Origin: the human T2T-CHM13v2.0 reference genome, Homo sapiens
DNA length: 64,000 bases
Strand: one strand, 5' to 3'
Assembly: GCF_009914755.1 (NCBI RefSeq)
Contig: NC_060947.1
Shown: positions 1 through 13,745 of the stretch, piece after piece
Position numbering within the stretch: the stretch's first letter is position 1
Layout of the letters: each line of letters opens with the position of its first letter
Position numbers and translations under genes: made by a program
The notes under the pieces: model-generated
Database searches by the model: none
What the model was told of the DNA's origin: nothing
The model's input: only the letters and a program-made list of their open reading frames with translations

Positions 1-94
1 TTTAAAAAATTTCAAACATATTTTCAGATAAAACAACCTTCTCTTCAAAATTAACTTCCCCACCTTATGTTTCTATTTTTTCAATGACAGTAAT

Positions 95-410
95 AGTCTT
101 CCAGTAAGTCAGGCATAGAACCTGGCAGTCATCTTTGACTCCACCCTATCCTTATTTTATCCCTCGAGTCCTGTTGATTCTTATTTTGCAATGCCTCCTG
201 ACCCTTTGTTTCTTTTTTTTTTTTTTAACCAACTTAGTTCAGCATCCTTATCTCATTATGCCTTAGCTACTTGAAGGTGATCTATGCATCCTCTTTCACA
301 CTTAAATAATCAAGAGGTGAACCTGGCAAATTTATACTTATACTTCAAGATTTAGGTTGAAGTTATCATTCTCTATGAATACTCCCATGTGCATGGTTCA
401 TTTATTACAG
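95..410 (+). mobile_element. Old L2 LINE fragment (continues at ~2271-2340, interrupted by the L1)
   Basis: Degenerate L2 motif 'aacctggcagtcatctttgactccaccctatcc'; boundaries approximate. Confidence 0.5.
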
Positions 411-429
411 TGCTGTAATTACTCTTTTT

Positions 430-2306
<1,877 letters not shown>

Positions 2307-2462
2307 TCATAGCTCATTAGTAGCAGTGAGTTGCTTTCTTCATTTTTTGCTCTTTTCCTCTCCTAATTGGGCAACTTTGAAGAGTAACTTTGTGGTCTTA
2401 AGAGCTTTTGAGTAATAGAGCATCTAATTTCCCAGGGTGGATGTCTAGGATCAGAGGAAGGA

Positions 2463-2466
<4 letters not shown>

Positions 2467-2502
<36 letters not shown>
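2467..2502. repeat. (GT)n microsatellite
   Basis: Direct reading. Confidence 0.97.
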
Positions 2503-2504
<2 letters not shown>

Positions 2505-2744
2505 GTGCAGGTGCTGTTATACAAGAATCTAAATAATGGTGTAAAGTGATAGTAAAATGTGGATATATCTAGTAGGGTAGAATCTATTTAAAAGAAGCCT
2601 GAAAATTCACAGAGTGCAGGGGACCATGACTCATGGATGGGCATTTTACAAATCACCAGAGAAGAAAGGAAAGGGGGTGGAGCAGATTGAATCTACACAT
2701 TTGGGCAGAAAGGGAGGCAAAGATCTTAAAACAAAGACGGCATA

Positions 2745-3034
2745 GCGGTGGCTCATGCCTGTAATCCCAGCGCTTTGGGAGACCAAGGTGAGTGAATCAC
2801 CTGAGGTCGGGAGTTTGAGACCAGCGTGACCAACATGGAGAAACACCATCTCTCCTAAAAATACAAAATTAGCTGGGCGTGGTGGCACATGCCTGTAATC
2901 CCAGCTACTCAGGAGGCTGAGGCAGGAGAACTGCTTGAACCCGGGAGGCGGAGGCTGTGGTGAGCCGAGATTTTACCATTGCACTCCAGCTTGGGCAACA
3001 AGAGTGAAACCCTGTCTCAAAAAAAAAAAAAAAA
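2745..3034 (+). mobile_element. Alu (AluSp-like)
   Basis: Dimeric Alu with A tail; diagnostic ggtcgggag, acatggagaaac, caacaagag; flanking ggcata repeat. Confidence 0.93.
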
Positions 3035-5643
3035 GGCATAAGTGGTCTGGTGGGGCTGGAGGAGAGTTCAAAAGTGCCATATTTCAGAGACTAATGGAAA
3101 TGCAAAGACTCAAGGATGTGTTTGATTATAGGGTCCGAATGAGACTGATGGGTGTTTTTGGATTGAACCAATAGCAGAGACAAAAAGATTAAATCAGTAT
3201 CTGGATGTACTTTCATGATTCTATTAAGTTATACGCCTGCCAAGATTTCCTTTACCTTTCTAGTAAATGCTAGCATGCACTGGAGAGTCTGTATGTGTTG
3301 GAGGAGTGCCAACAGGAGTGGGGTGATGAAGGCAGGGCCAAAGCAGAAGAGGAAGTGGGGAGGCTGGGACTCAGGGCTCCTAAAACCGATACTTCCTCTT
3401 CTGCTGCTGAGCAGTGGCAGGATGCAGAAAACATATTTAAAGAGAGTGCAGCTCAGTGGAGCCCTGTTTTTATTTGACCAACTCCCCAGTGCCCTCTTTC
3501 CTCCTCTCCATGTAGCCTATTATTGTCAAATGAAAAAAAGTTGGTTGTGCCATCCTGTAATTCTGAGCTCAGGGAGGTTAGGGACAATGCTGTATTAATC
3601 TTTTGATACAGTAGACACTCATTAATGTTTGTTGAATCAATATCTGAATGAATAGGAGAGTCAACAAATATGAATGTTTTGTAAATTACAAAGCTCTTTA
3701 AAATGTAAATTTTTATTATTCTCTTTCTTATTCATATAAGGCTCACCTACTTTGACCACACCACCCCACAATCATATCTCTCTTTGCACATAGGAAAATG
3801 TGTATTTGATGTTTATTGAGTGATTGTTTATTGATTGACTACAGTAAAGCTACTCATCCTCTATGGAGATTTAATCTACAAACCATCAGGCTATGCTAAT
3901 GATCCCAGTGACTTTCTTCCATCGTAGTAAAAGATTTGGGGGAGGAGGGCAGAATGATCCTTCCGTCTGTGATCACTTTAGCCCTATCATTACAATAAGT
4001 AGCTTTCTTACTTCATATTTCCAGGGATGTGCTGCTCACAGGGATATGCTTTTTGGGAATACATTTCCAAGGATATGTATTCTCATTGGTATTAAAAACT
4101 ATGGGGGAACTGATACTTCGTTGCTGACAGCTCTCAGGTGTTTCTTCTGTAGTCTCTTATTCTCCTTAAGAGGAGAACGTCAAACCCATCAATTCAGGCC
4201 ATTCTGTTGTCAGACAGTTGGAATCTAAGCACATGACACTGTCAAACCAAAAAGGACCTTGGACTGTGGCATTCAGAACTAATGACAGTGTGTCCCCTTC
4301 CATTGTACTGTGCCAAAAATGCTTTATCCTGTGTAATCAGATTAAAAGGATGCATAAGACCAGAACTTAAGGGAAATGAAAGTTAACAAAAGGCAATAGA
4401 GATCTTGAGGAGTGCATGAGTGTGGGTGACAGTGTATAGTGGAGGATACTTTCACCCCTAGTTTGGGTGATAGAAATGTGTTGCAACCTACACACATACT
4501 TTTGAACTTTTTGTAAAGCACTAAGTAGAGGGCCTTTTTCCAGGAATACCTCTATAACTCTCTACCTAATTACCAGCAGCTTGGAATCCTCTGATGTTCT
4601 GAGGTCATTGCTTACAGCTAACTCTGAGGCCTGCTTCTATCATCTTGGCATTTAGATGTCTGGCTCTTGCAAAAGAGTTGTTCTCTAGGAGATTGCTTTT
4701 TATTTAAGGCCCTTTGTCTTAAGTAAGAATTCAAATTCAGATCAAACACAAATGGTAACCAATTTGGAATGAAAAGAAGCCTTATTACCTTCTGAGGCCT
4801 GAGTATTTCCTAGGAACTTTGGAATAAGTATGTAAGACACATCTGAGATGTTTGAGTGTTGTTATTATTAGCTCAATTCTACTTAGCTTGGTGAATCCAT
4901 GACAACACAAAGACAACCCTTTGTAGAAACAAACACTGTTAATCTGAAATTTATGAGAAATCTTAAGAAGTCATATACTTTAGACATCTTGAAATGCTAT
5001 TCAAAACTGGATTTTTCTTTCCCTTTTAGGGAAAAGGGATTGATGAAAAATAAAAGAATGCCCAAATGTCTCCTATTTTTTCTTTAGCTCAAGGACCTCA
5101 AGTCTAGATCTGAACTCCTGTTTCTTTTCTATCAGTTCCACATATGTAGGAGCTCAAATGTCTGGGTTGTATTGATTCTGAAAGCACTCTAAGCAAGATA
5201 ATGACATTTTATTCATCAAAAGGAAAATCAACTATGTGTTAAATGTCCAAGGGCTTATGTTTACTCTTCTCTCTCTTTTCCTCTATTTCTATAAGGACCT
5301 CTTCCTAACTTATCCCCCAAATTTAAAGTATTTTTTTCTCTTTTCTTCCATATGAACCCACCACCCCAATCTAGAAGAAGGACTGTGGGGCACAGAGAAA
5401 GGAGAGGTCATGATGAGATGGAGTGGGATGAGACAGAATGAAGCAGCAGGATAGAAGAATTTATACAGTGGCCTTTTCTACTAATCCATAAAGAAATCTT
5501 AATTAAAGGCAAAAGTAATTGCCATCTGAGGGTGTTTTAGCACCTTGATTGTAACATGAATTAATGGACCTAAGATGTCTGGATTTATCTAATCAAATTA
5601 GATAAAGGAATGGCTTTCTTTATTGCCTTTTCTGTAGGGATGA

Positions 5644-5994
<351 letters not shown>

Positions 5995-6224
5995 AACAGT
6001 TTTATTTCTGCACTGCAAAGCAACAAATTGGCATACTGACTAATCTATCTTTTGTAGGGTTGACTAATATAAATATATCTTTCAACAGTTTGTTCATATC
6101 TGATTGAACTGGGAAAGCTTTTCTCACTGACCCTTAAATCATACCACATAGATGTTCATGTGGCCTGAAACGCAAATAACACTGGAGTGAGAGATAAAAG
6201 TGACTTTAGGTCTTTCTATTTTAG

Positions 6225-6247
6225 ACACACACACACACACACACACA
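6225..6247. repeat. (AC)n microsatellite
   Basis: Direct reading. Confidence 0.95.
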
Positions 6248-8094
6248 ACTAGACATACTTATATATTTTAAAAACGTGATTTGTATTATAACCAAATCTG
6301 TGATTGAACAAGTGGTTTTATGAAAGAGTAGTGGGATATTGTGTTGCATTCAAAACTTGCTGCAAAAAACTATTTTAATCCTTAGCATATAATCCTAAGA
6401 ATCAATGGGCTTGGTTAAAGTAGTAACAACAAAAGGTGGATAGTGCTTTCACAGAAATACTTTTTAAATACTACTCTTAAATATTTTATTCCTTTTAGAG
6501 TTCACATTGAGGTGTGCATAAGTATTGTAGGGCTAGTGACAACTATAATCCAGAGTGTTTGATGCTACTGACAGGTCCTAAGAGTAGGATGAGGTTGCTG
6601 AGACTTAGAGTGATGTCCCTGACCTAGCAATATAGTCTAGGGAGTAGAAAGTAGCTAGCCCTACTGTCTCCCCATGCAGTCAGTTTTGTTATATGTTTAT
6701 CCACCTGGAATGAATGGAATTTAAACAAAATCCTTCTGATGGTGGTTTGTATTTTCAAGTCGCTTTCAGATTTTATATTTATCATTTTAAGAGATTTAGA
6801 AAATATTCCTATCAGCTCATTACTGCATTAGATACACAAAGGAACCAAGAAATACTAATGGCTGTTAACTTGCCAGAGAACACCCAGTTGTTTACATGTC
6901 AAAACAAGGGTGAACTCCCAGTTATCCCAGTTACCCCGTTTCTCTCCCATTGAAATCCATGCAGCAAGATAGTTTAGAGCAGCCACTGTTAGGTGTTAGG
7001 AACATGAGAATAACAAAATGGACCAAAGTAGAGGTCCATACAGGGCAATGTTATTTGGGAGATTATGATAGTTACCATTCATAGTATTGAATTCACAAGG
7101 TTGGGTATGTACCTTAAGAATCAGCACCTTCCCTTTATTATCCTTTATTATTGGTCAATTATACTGAAAATACAAATTTATAATTTTCTATACTGTGGAA
7201 GAGTCTTGCTTTTATGACAGATAAATAGTTTCTAAATGCATCAAAATTTCATTAAGGGGAGGTAGTAGAAAATGAGAATTGATGATTCTTGATTAGGAAT
7301 ACACTAACATGCTAGATTAAGTCTAAAAGCAAATAGCAAACTTTTCTTAACCTACCATTATCTGTGTGCTTACTGGCTCCCAAACTGACTTATTTTATTT
7401 GGAGGAACCCTGATTGGCTGGTGTAGTCAATACTTAGGGGAACTGGGGAAAATTTTTTTATCATGGATGAATGTAAATATAGCACTTGAGGTTGTTTATG
7501 ATGTAAAAACAGATAGCTTTTAGTTCTAATTGAGCCATTAATAGTAAAACAACAACAGAAAACATTTCTGAATGATTAAGACTTCTGTAATAAAGTTAAA
7601 ATTGTCTTGTAACAAATTTTCCTAATGTATTTTAAATGTAATACAGTCCTTTGTATTTTATAATGCATTGTAAAAATATAAATATTTTTGTTTTTAAAAC
7701 AGCGTACAATCTAGTCCAGATTTAGTTACAATTTCTTTTAAAATAATCATTTGTTAGACATATGGTATCATAGTTTCTCTCTAGGTTTCAAAATAATCAG
7801 AATACTGGAAAGCAGAACCACTGAATTCAGTAGGTGGAACTTACAAACCCATTTGTTTCCTCTTGAAAACAGCCTTTTTTGTCGCTAAGTAGAAAAATGT
7901 TCCTGGCTAAAGATTTTATTAAAATGTATGAATCTTTGGCTCTGTGTAAACTTAGTCTACACCAGATGTGTCTGAGTTACTAAATAGATCATGCAATTTT
8001 CTTCTATTCATTTATAGTTGAGAGAGCTTTATTTTTACAGTCTCTGGCCAGAACTGGCCATTTTCTAGTTGTACGGTGTGTTTCAAGAAAATTT

Positions 8095-8220
8095 TTTAGC
8101 CTCTCTGAGTCAATTTTCTCATTCATAAACATGGACAGTAACACCTACCTTGTCTAAATTATAGGATGTTGAAAGGTTCAGGTGGGATAACAAATGTGAA
8201 ACTACCTTGTGAAAATTTTA
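8095..8220 (+). mobile_element. MIR fragment
   Basis: Core-like 'ctctgagtcaattttctcattcataaacatggacagtaacacctacct'. Confidence 0.55.
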
Positions 8221-8633
8221 CTCTCCACTGGTTTACCTTCAGTAATTACTACATATTTATTTTCCATATTGAAGGAAAATGTCACTACATTAGAGAAACT
8301 CCACTGAACCCTCAAAATGGGGATTTGAAAATGTATCTTACATTTCTGGCTTAAATTACAAAGGCACAGGAGGTTTGCGGAGTGTGTCTCCTCTGTATTT
8401 TGCCACGTTGAGCCCTAGCAGAAGCACTGAGCAATATTTGTTGACAGACTGATCATATTATCAGATTTCTGGCTAAGAAATAAAGCAGAAAGAATTCATA
8501 CTAGCACCCAAACTTAAAGCAGGCAAGGCAGATAACTTATCCCCAAACTCCTGGGAATTTGCTAAAATTTACCATCAGCAACATTTTACTACATACTGTT
8601 CTGGTCTTAGTACTGAATACTGAGTCTCCTTAC

Positions 8634-8830
8634 CTGCTAACTTCAAGGTCCACAGTTTACTGTCCTTTTGCGTTTGTTCTCAGAAGCAAGCTCCAAGTCT
8701 TCAGTAAATTCGATCTACCAGTCCTTGCAATTAATCCTTGTTGGCGAGCTGCACAGTATCTTGATACCCTGTAGGGTCGTAAAAGCACAGTCCATTCACA
8801 GAGTGCCTGCTCTATAGGCAAGCTTCTTTG
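8634..8830 (-). other. CYSLTR1: Non-coding first exon (5'UTR) of cysteinyl leukotriene receptor 1; 5' end approximate
   Basis: Unique sequence ending in minus-strand donor CAG|GTAAGG (GT at 8633-8632); minus-strand text GAAGCTTGCCTATAGAGCAGG...GGACCTTGAAGTTAGCAG matches my recollection of the CYSLTR1 mRNA 5' end; L1-rich X-like context. Not database-verified. Confidence 0.8.
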
Positions 8831-9100
8831 CAAAGATGGGTTGCTGCTATTTTTAAGAGGGGAGAGAGCAGGGCACATTTGCTAGCCAATATATACAGAT
8901 ATACAGATTCTTCTTCCTCTTTCAGATTAGCCTTCAAACTGTTAAAGCACTCCCGGAGTCTGACTTCTCTGGTGCAAAGTGGGGGAGGGGAAGGGTCAAA
9001 GAGGAAGGAAGAATAGAAACTGGAGACTTGCAGGTTGCGTGTATGTATAAATAAACTTTTCTTCCTAGCTTCAGGAATAGAATTCTCAGGAAATTATTCA
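8825..9100 (-). promoter_or_regulatory. CYSLTR1: Proximal promoter of the exon above (non-CpG-island)
   Basis: AT-rich TTAAAAATAG (8847-8856), two AAAGAGGAAG ETS/PU.1-type motifs (8913-8922, 8998-9007), G-rich box 8981-8990, TTC-N4-GAA at 9083-9092. Confidence 0.65.
9083..9092. promoter_or_regulatory. STAT6-type element TTCTCAGGAA
   Basis: Exact TTC-N4-GAA ~260 bp upstream of the exon; CYSLTR1 is known to be IL-4/STAT6 inducible, but identity with the described element is inferred. Confidence 0.55.
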
Positions 9101-10256
9101 GCTGCTCTAAGATGGGAAGCAGGGACGAGTGTTCTCTCTTCAGCTTAGTTCTCTGTGATTTCTGTGACTGTGAGGTCATTAGACTATTTGTAGGTGGGGA
9201 AAGATAATCCTGCCAGTATATGCTAATATAACTGGCATTATGTGAAACTTGATCTTAAGTAACATAAATTTCATCTCTCTGTTTCTCTCTCTCTCTCCTT
9301 AATGACACTTGTGGCTCTATCCACATTCTAAAAAGCCTTTTCCTTTCTGGTTCCTTTTTGAGCTTTGTTTCCTGAAATCTTCATAACAATAAATTGCCTC
9401 CATTGGATTAAAACTGTTTTTTTCTTTTTTTGTCCCACTGAAGATGATCTGGAATGACTGGGCTTGCTGTCAATGGTCCTGTGTTGGAAATTTGGGGGAT
9501 CAGGCAAGTGTTCTTGGCCTTTGGCTAGGCTCTGAGGTGTTAGAGCTGTGGGGTGCTCAATATGGCTTCTGGAGAAAGGGGACATAGCAGTCTGGTATGT
9601 GCTGATTGAAGCCTGGGGCAGCACTTTGATGTTAAAAACCAAATTGGTAAGATCATGATGTGAATTTGTTACATCAATTATCTTGAGTTATATTAAGAAG
9701 ATTCTATATGGAGATGGGCATAAATATGTTGATGTTAACACTTTGTAAACATGCCCCATAACTAACAACTAGTTTTAGGTACTTGTAAAATATGAGCCCA
9801 GCAGTAGCCTTCTGGCTTGCTACCTGCTGTAGGAACAAAGTCATTTACTCAAATTTTGTATCTTTAGGTACAAGAATTACCTCACAACCAACCTGGGACA
9901 ATCGCTTTAAGGCCCTTGAATCTTTATCTCTTTTCACAGAGTTCTGGATTGTGGTGGTGATGGTGATAGTTGGAGGAAAAGGCTATCCAACCACATTTGA
10001 AGGGATGTTAACATTTGGATTCAAGACTAGACTTTCTAATCCTCTCCTAGGGAGTTTTAGTAACTAAACTGACATTCAAACTAGTATTTCTTCAACTGAG
10101 TTTGGATCCCCAAATATCTACAGGAAAATTTATAAGTGAGACACAGAGTGAATTATCACTTTTCCTCCAGTCTGAAATGTTACAGCCATTTTGAGCTACA
10201 GTGGAAGGGCAATTCATACTCAGGAAATGAAGAAAAGAGAAAGGAGCTAGATCCTT

Positions 10257-10952
10257 TGTGGGGATAAGAGAGATCAGATTGTTACTGTGTCTATGTAGAA
10301 AAGGAAGACACAAGAAATTCCATTTTGATCTGTACCAGGAAAAATTGTTTCTGCTTTGATACCATACCCCAGCACAACACCCGTAAAGGGTCTCTGCTGA
10401 GGAGGAGTAGTGAAAGAGGGAGGTCTCTTTGCAGTTGAGATAAGAGGAAGGCTTCTGTCTCCTGCTCCTCCCTGGGAATGGAATGTCTCCTGTAAAGCCA
10501 ACCATTCCCATTCTTTCTATTCTGAGATAGGATAAAACCGCCCTGTGGCTAGAGGCGAGATATGCTGGCAGAAATACTGCTCTGTTACTCTTTGCTACAC
10601 TGAGGTGTTTGTATAAAGTGAAACATAAATCTGGCCTACATGCACATCCAGGCACAGTACCTTTCCTTGAATTTATGCATGATACAGATCCTTTGCTCAC
10701 GTTTTCCTGCTGACCTTCTCCCCACCTGTTGCTCTGCTACACTCCCCTTGCCAAGATAGTAAAAATAATGATCAATAAATACTGAGGGAACTCAGAGACC
10801 AGCGCTGGTGCAGGTCCTCACATGCTGAGGCTGCCGGTCCCCTGGGCCCACTGTTCTTTCTCTATACTTTGTCTCTGTGTCATTTCTTTTCTCAGTCTCT
10901 CGTACCACCTGATGAGAAATACCCACAGGCGTGGAGGGGCAGGCCCCCTTCA
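10257..10952 (+). mobile_element. HERV-K(HML-2) solo LTR, LTR5B-like, internally deleted
   Basis: TGTGGGG...AGAGAGATCAGATTGTTACTGTGTC start, GGAGGGGCAGGCCCCCTTCA end, AATAAA at 10774-10779, 6-bp TSD ATCCTT at 10251-10256 and 10953-10958. Confidence 0.93.
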
Positions 10953-11858
10953 ATCCTTGAGCTTCAAGTTGGCACCGAAATAGCTGTGGCAGAGAGGGTG
11001 TTTCCTGTGGTTCTTCTTTGTGCTCCCCTACCTGTTTCTTTCATTAGCTAATTTTCTGTTCTTGAGCAATGGGGAAGGCAGTGATTCACCCATTCCCAAA
11101 TGGGTCTTTGCCTTGTACAGCTGGATCAATTTACACCACATTTGCTATAAATGACATCAGACTCCTTGTCTCCTTGCTTCATCTCTTTATCTTTTCTCTT
11201 CCCATCCATCCATCTTCATTACATATCTACTCTCACATTCTCTTTCACTTTAGGAAAGGTTGAAGTGCCCAGAATGATACCTGTCTGCTGCTGTCTCTCT
11301 ACTCTTGCTCATTTTCCCAGACTCCTTCAGTTCTTACTTTCTTATTGAGGTAAGGAAGACCAAATAGGGAGTGGTGAGGGAGAGGGGGGATAACATGTAG
11401 TTGGATGGGAAATCTGTCTCAATGAAGTAAGACTTGGGTAGCAAGATAAAGAATTTTCAGTCACAACAGCGTTCACACGTAAGTGACAGGATTCATAGCT
11501 TATGTGGACTCAGAGCTGAAAGAGGTAATGAAAAATCATCATCTGGTTCAGACTTTATATTAAATTGAATTTGTGAGGGTATGACATGTCTGATTCATCA
11601 TTGTGTCCTCAGCTGTTAGCTCATTGCCTTGTTTGGTTTGTTGAATAAATAAATCTAGTCCAACCCTTTCATATTATAGATGAAAAAGCAGGCTAGAAAG
11701 AGGCTCTCTCAAGATGCCATTATTTTACCACAAAATCAAAAATAGTAATTTTTCTTTCTCCAGGACTGAAATTTTTTCACAGCCAATACTAATTGCACTT
11801 TGGAAGGGTAAAGAGCATGACTATACTCAAAGCCCAGCTCTATACAGACATATATGCT

Positions 11859-12257
11859 TGTTAAATTAAGTTTAGCCTAAAGCTGTCTCCTGGAAATATT
11901 TTAAGTTCAGCCTAAAGATTTCTCTGTACATAGTGAACTAAAACCTAACTAGAAGTATAAACAGACTGTAACCTACTCTTGTACCAGTCATCAAGATTGA
12001 CCAAACGAAGGTAACCACCTGTTCCAACTATGTTCAAATAAGGAAAATGCCAAGCTGTAACCAATCCAGCTGTTTCTGTATTTCACTTTGACTTGCTGTA
12101 CATCACTTTCCTTTTTCTATCTATAAATCTTCAACCATACCTCAGCACTGGAGCCTCTCTGAACCTTTTCTGGTTTGGAAACTGCCTGATTCACAAATTG
12201 TTCTTTGCTCAATTAAACTCTGTTAACTTTAATTTGTCTAAGGATTTTCTTTTATCA
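11859..12257 (+). mobile_element. ERV1 solo LTR, MER57-like
   Basis: Start TGTTAAATTAAGTTTAGCCTAAAGCTG, CCAAT box, end TAAACTCTGTTAACTTTAATTTGTCTAAGG...TTATCA. Confidence 0.8.
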
Positions 12258-12564
12258 CATTCATTCACAGAGACTAGAATAGCCATGATTCAACTTTTAG
12301 TTCCAGCTTATAGAAACACGGAGACAATGAAAAAAATCAGGCTGGCTGTAGAAATATGGCTATTACAACTTTCCTTTTTCCTGCCCCAGGGCCTATTCCA
12401 TGGGTATAAAACAACCCTGGATTGTCATTTTTAGTGAGGCAAGGGCCCTCTAACTGAGAGTGCTGGATGAGGTTGAATGAACCCTGTGAACAGAACAGCA
12501 CAGACCACCTAGGAAGGATGGTACAGATCATCTAAATAATGTTACATTACTATGTACATTATTT

Positions 12565-12745
12565 TGTGCTGTCACCACTAGCCATGCACTAACCACTAGC
12601 CACACCTGGTTATTTAGATTTAACTGTAAATTAATAAAATAAATAAATAGTTCTGTATTTTAATTACACTAGCCACATTTCAGGCACTCAGTAGTATAGC
12701 CACATAGCCACATGTGAATGTGGCTACTGCATTGAACAGCACAAA
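12565..12745. mobile_element. hAT-Charlie MITE (MER3/MER33-like)
   Basis: Motifs ccactagccac, cactagccacatttcaggcactcagtag, tggctactgcattgaacagcac. Confidence 0.7.
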
Positions 12746-13477
12746 GTTAGGACAGTTGTTAAAATTAATACCTAGCTTGGGGTAAAGAATATCAGTACAA
12801 GTTCATATAATTAAGTGCCAAAGCTGGGAAAAGAATACAGGCTTTTGGGCATCTATGAAGAGGAAGCAGATTTGTTTCTACCTCTACATATTTATTTATA
12901 TTCAGTGTGGATCTCTGAGCATGGTTCAAGCACATTGAGTGTGTGTGACTCTATTTGTGGGCTTTAAAGTGTTTTGGGGGGCGTGGGATCTGGTTAGCAT
13001 GGATGAGAGAGCTCCTTTACATAAATTTTTGCAGTTCTTGCCTTTCTCTCCTGACAAGACCAAAAGAGAAAATATTCATAAAGGTTCAATAAAAAAACAA
13101 ACAAACAAAAAAAAACAAAAAAGTTATACAAATGAAAGGTGTCATGATTATGATGAGCTCCAGCTTTACTTCCTGCTGCTTAGTGTTTGCCCCTGAGTTC
13201 AGCTGGAGATGAGTATGGATGGGGAAGTGGGCTGGGTTGGAGGAAATTTTGGCAGCTGAGGTGACAGAGAGTCTGCGGGTGTGTGTGGTCAGGAAACCTG
13301 CTTCATGGTCTCCAAGCCTAGGAACTGGAGCCAGTTAGACTTGCTCTTACCTCAACTTTTGCTACAGGAGAGGAACAGTAATGGAGGAATTAGGCAAAGA
13401 CCTTCAGTGAGAGCTAGGCCTTTCCTTAATTGGGGAGATTATCTACAATCACTTAAAAATGTGTCAAGTTTAGAAAT

Positions 13478-13745
13478 AATGCATGTTCTCACTTATAAGT
13501 GGGAGCTAAACATTGAACACACATGGACATAAAGATAGGAACAATAGACACTGGGTACTACTTGAGGGGGGAGTTTGGGAGGGGACAAGGGTCAAAAAAC
13601 TACCTATCAGGTGCTATGCTTACTACCTGGGTGACAAAATCATTTGTACACCAAGCCTCAGTAACACATAATTTACCCACGTAACAAACCTGTACATGTA
13701 CCCCTGAACATAAATATAAAAGTAAAAATAAATAAAAATTCTGAA
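13478..13745 (+). mobile_element. L1 3' end (L1PA15/16-like)
   Basis: catgttctcacttataagtgggagctaaac...aacaaacctgtacatgtacccctgaac plus A-rich tail. Confidence 0.85.

Noticed and set aside
3741-3749. Minus-strand donor-like TAG|GTGAGC
   Set aside because: No convincing paired acceptor; such motifs are common by chance
8657-8878. 73-aa ATG ORF overlapping the first exon
   Set aside because: Its ATG lies upstream of the presumed main start site and it resembles no protein I know; at most a uORF on longer transcripts
10092-10700. Longest ORF in the window (202 aa, minus strand)
   Set aside because: Starts at GTG, is mostly antisense LTR5 sequence, and has no recognisable domain
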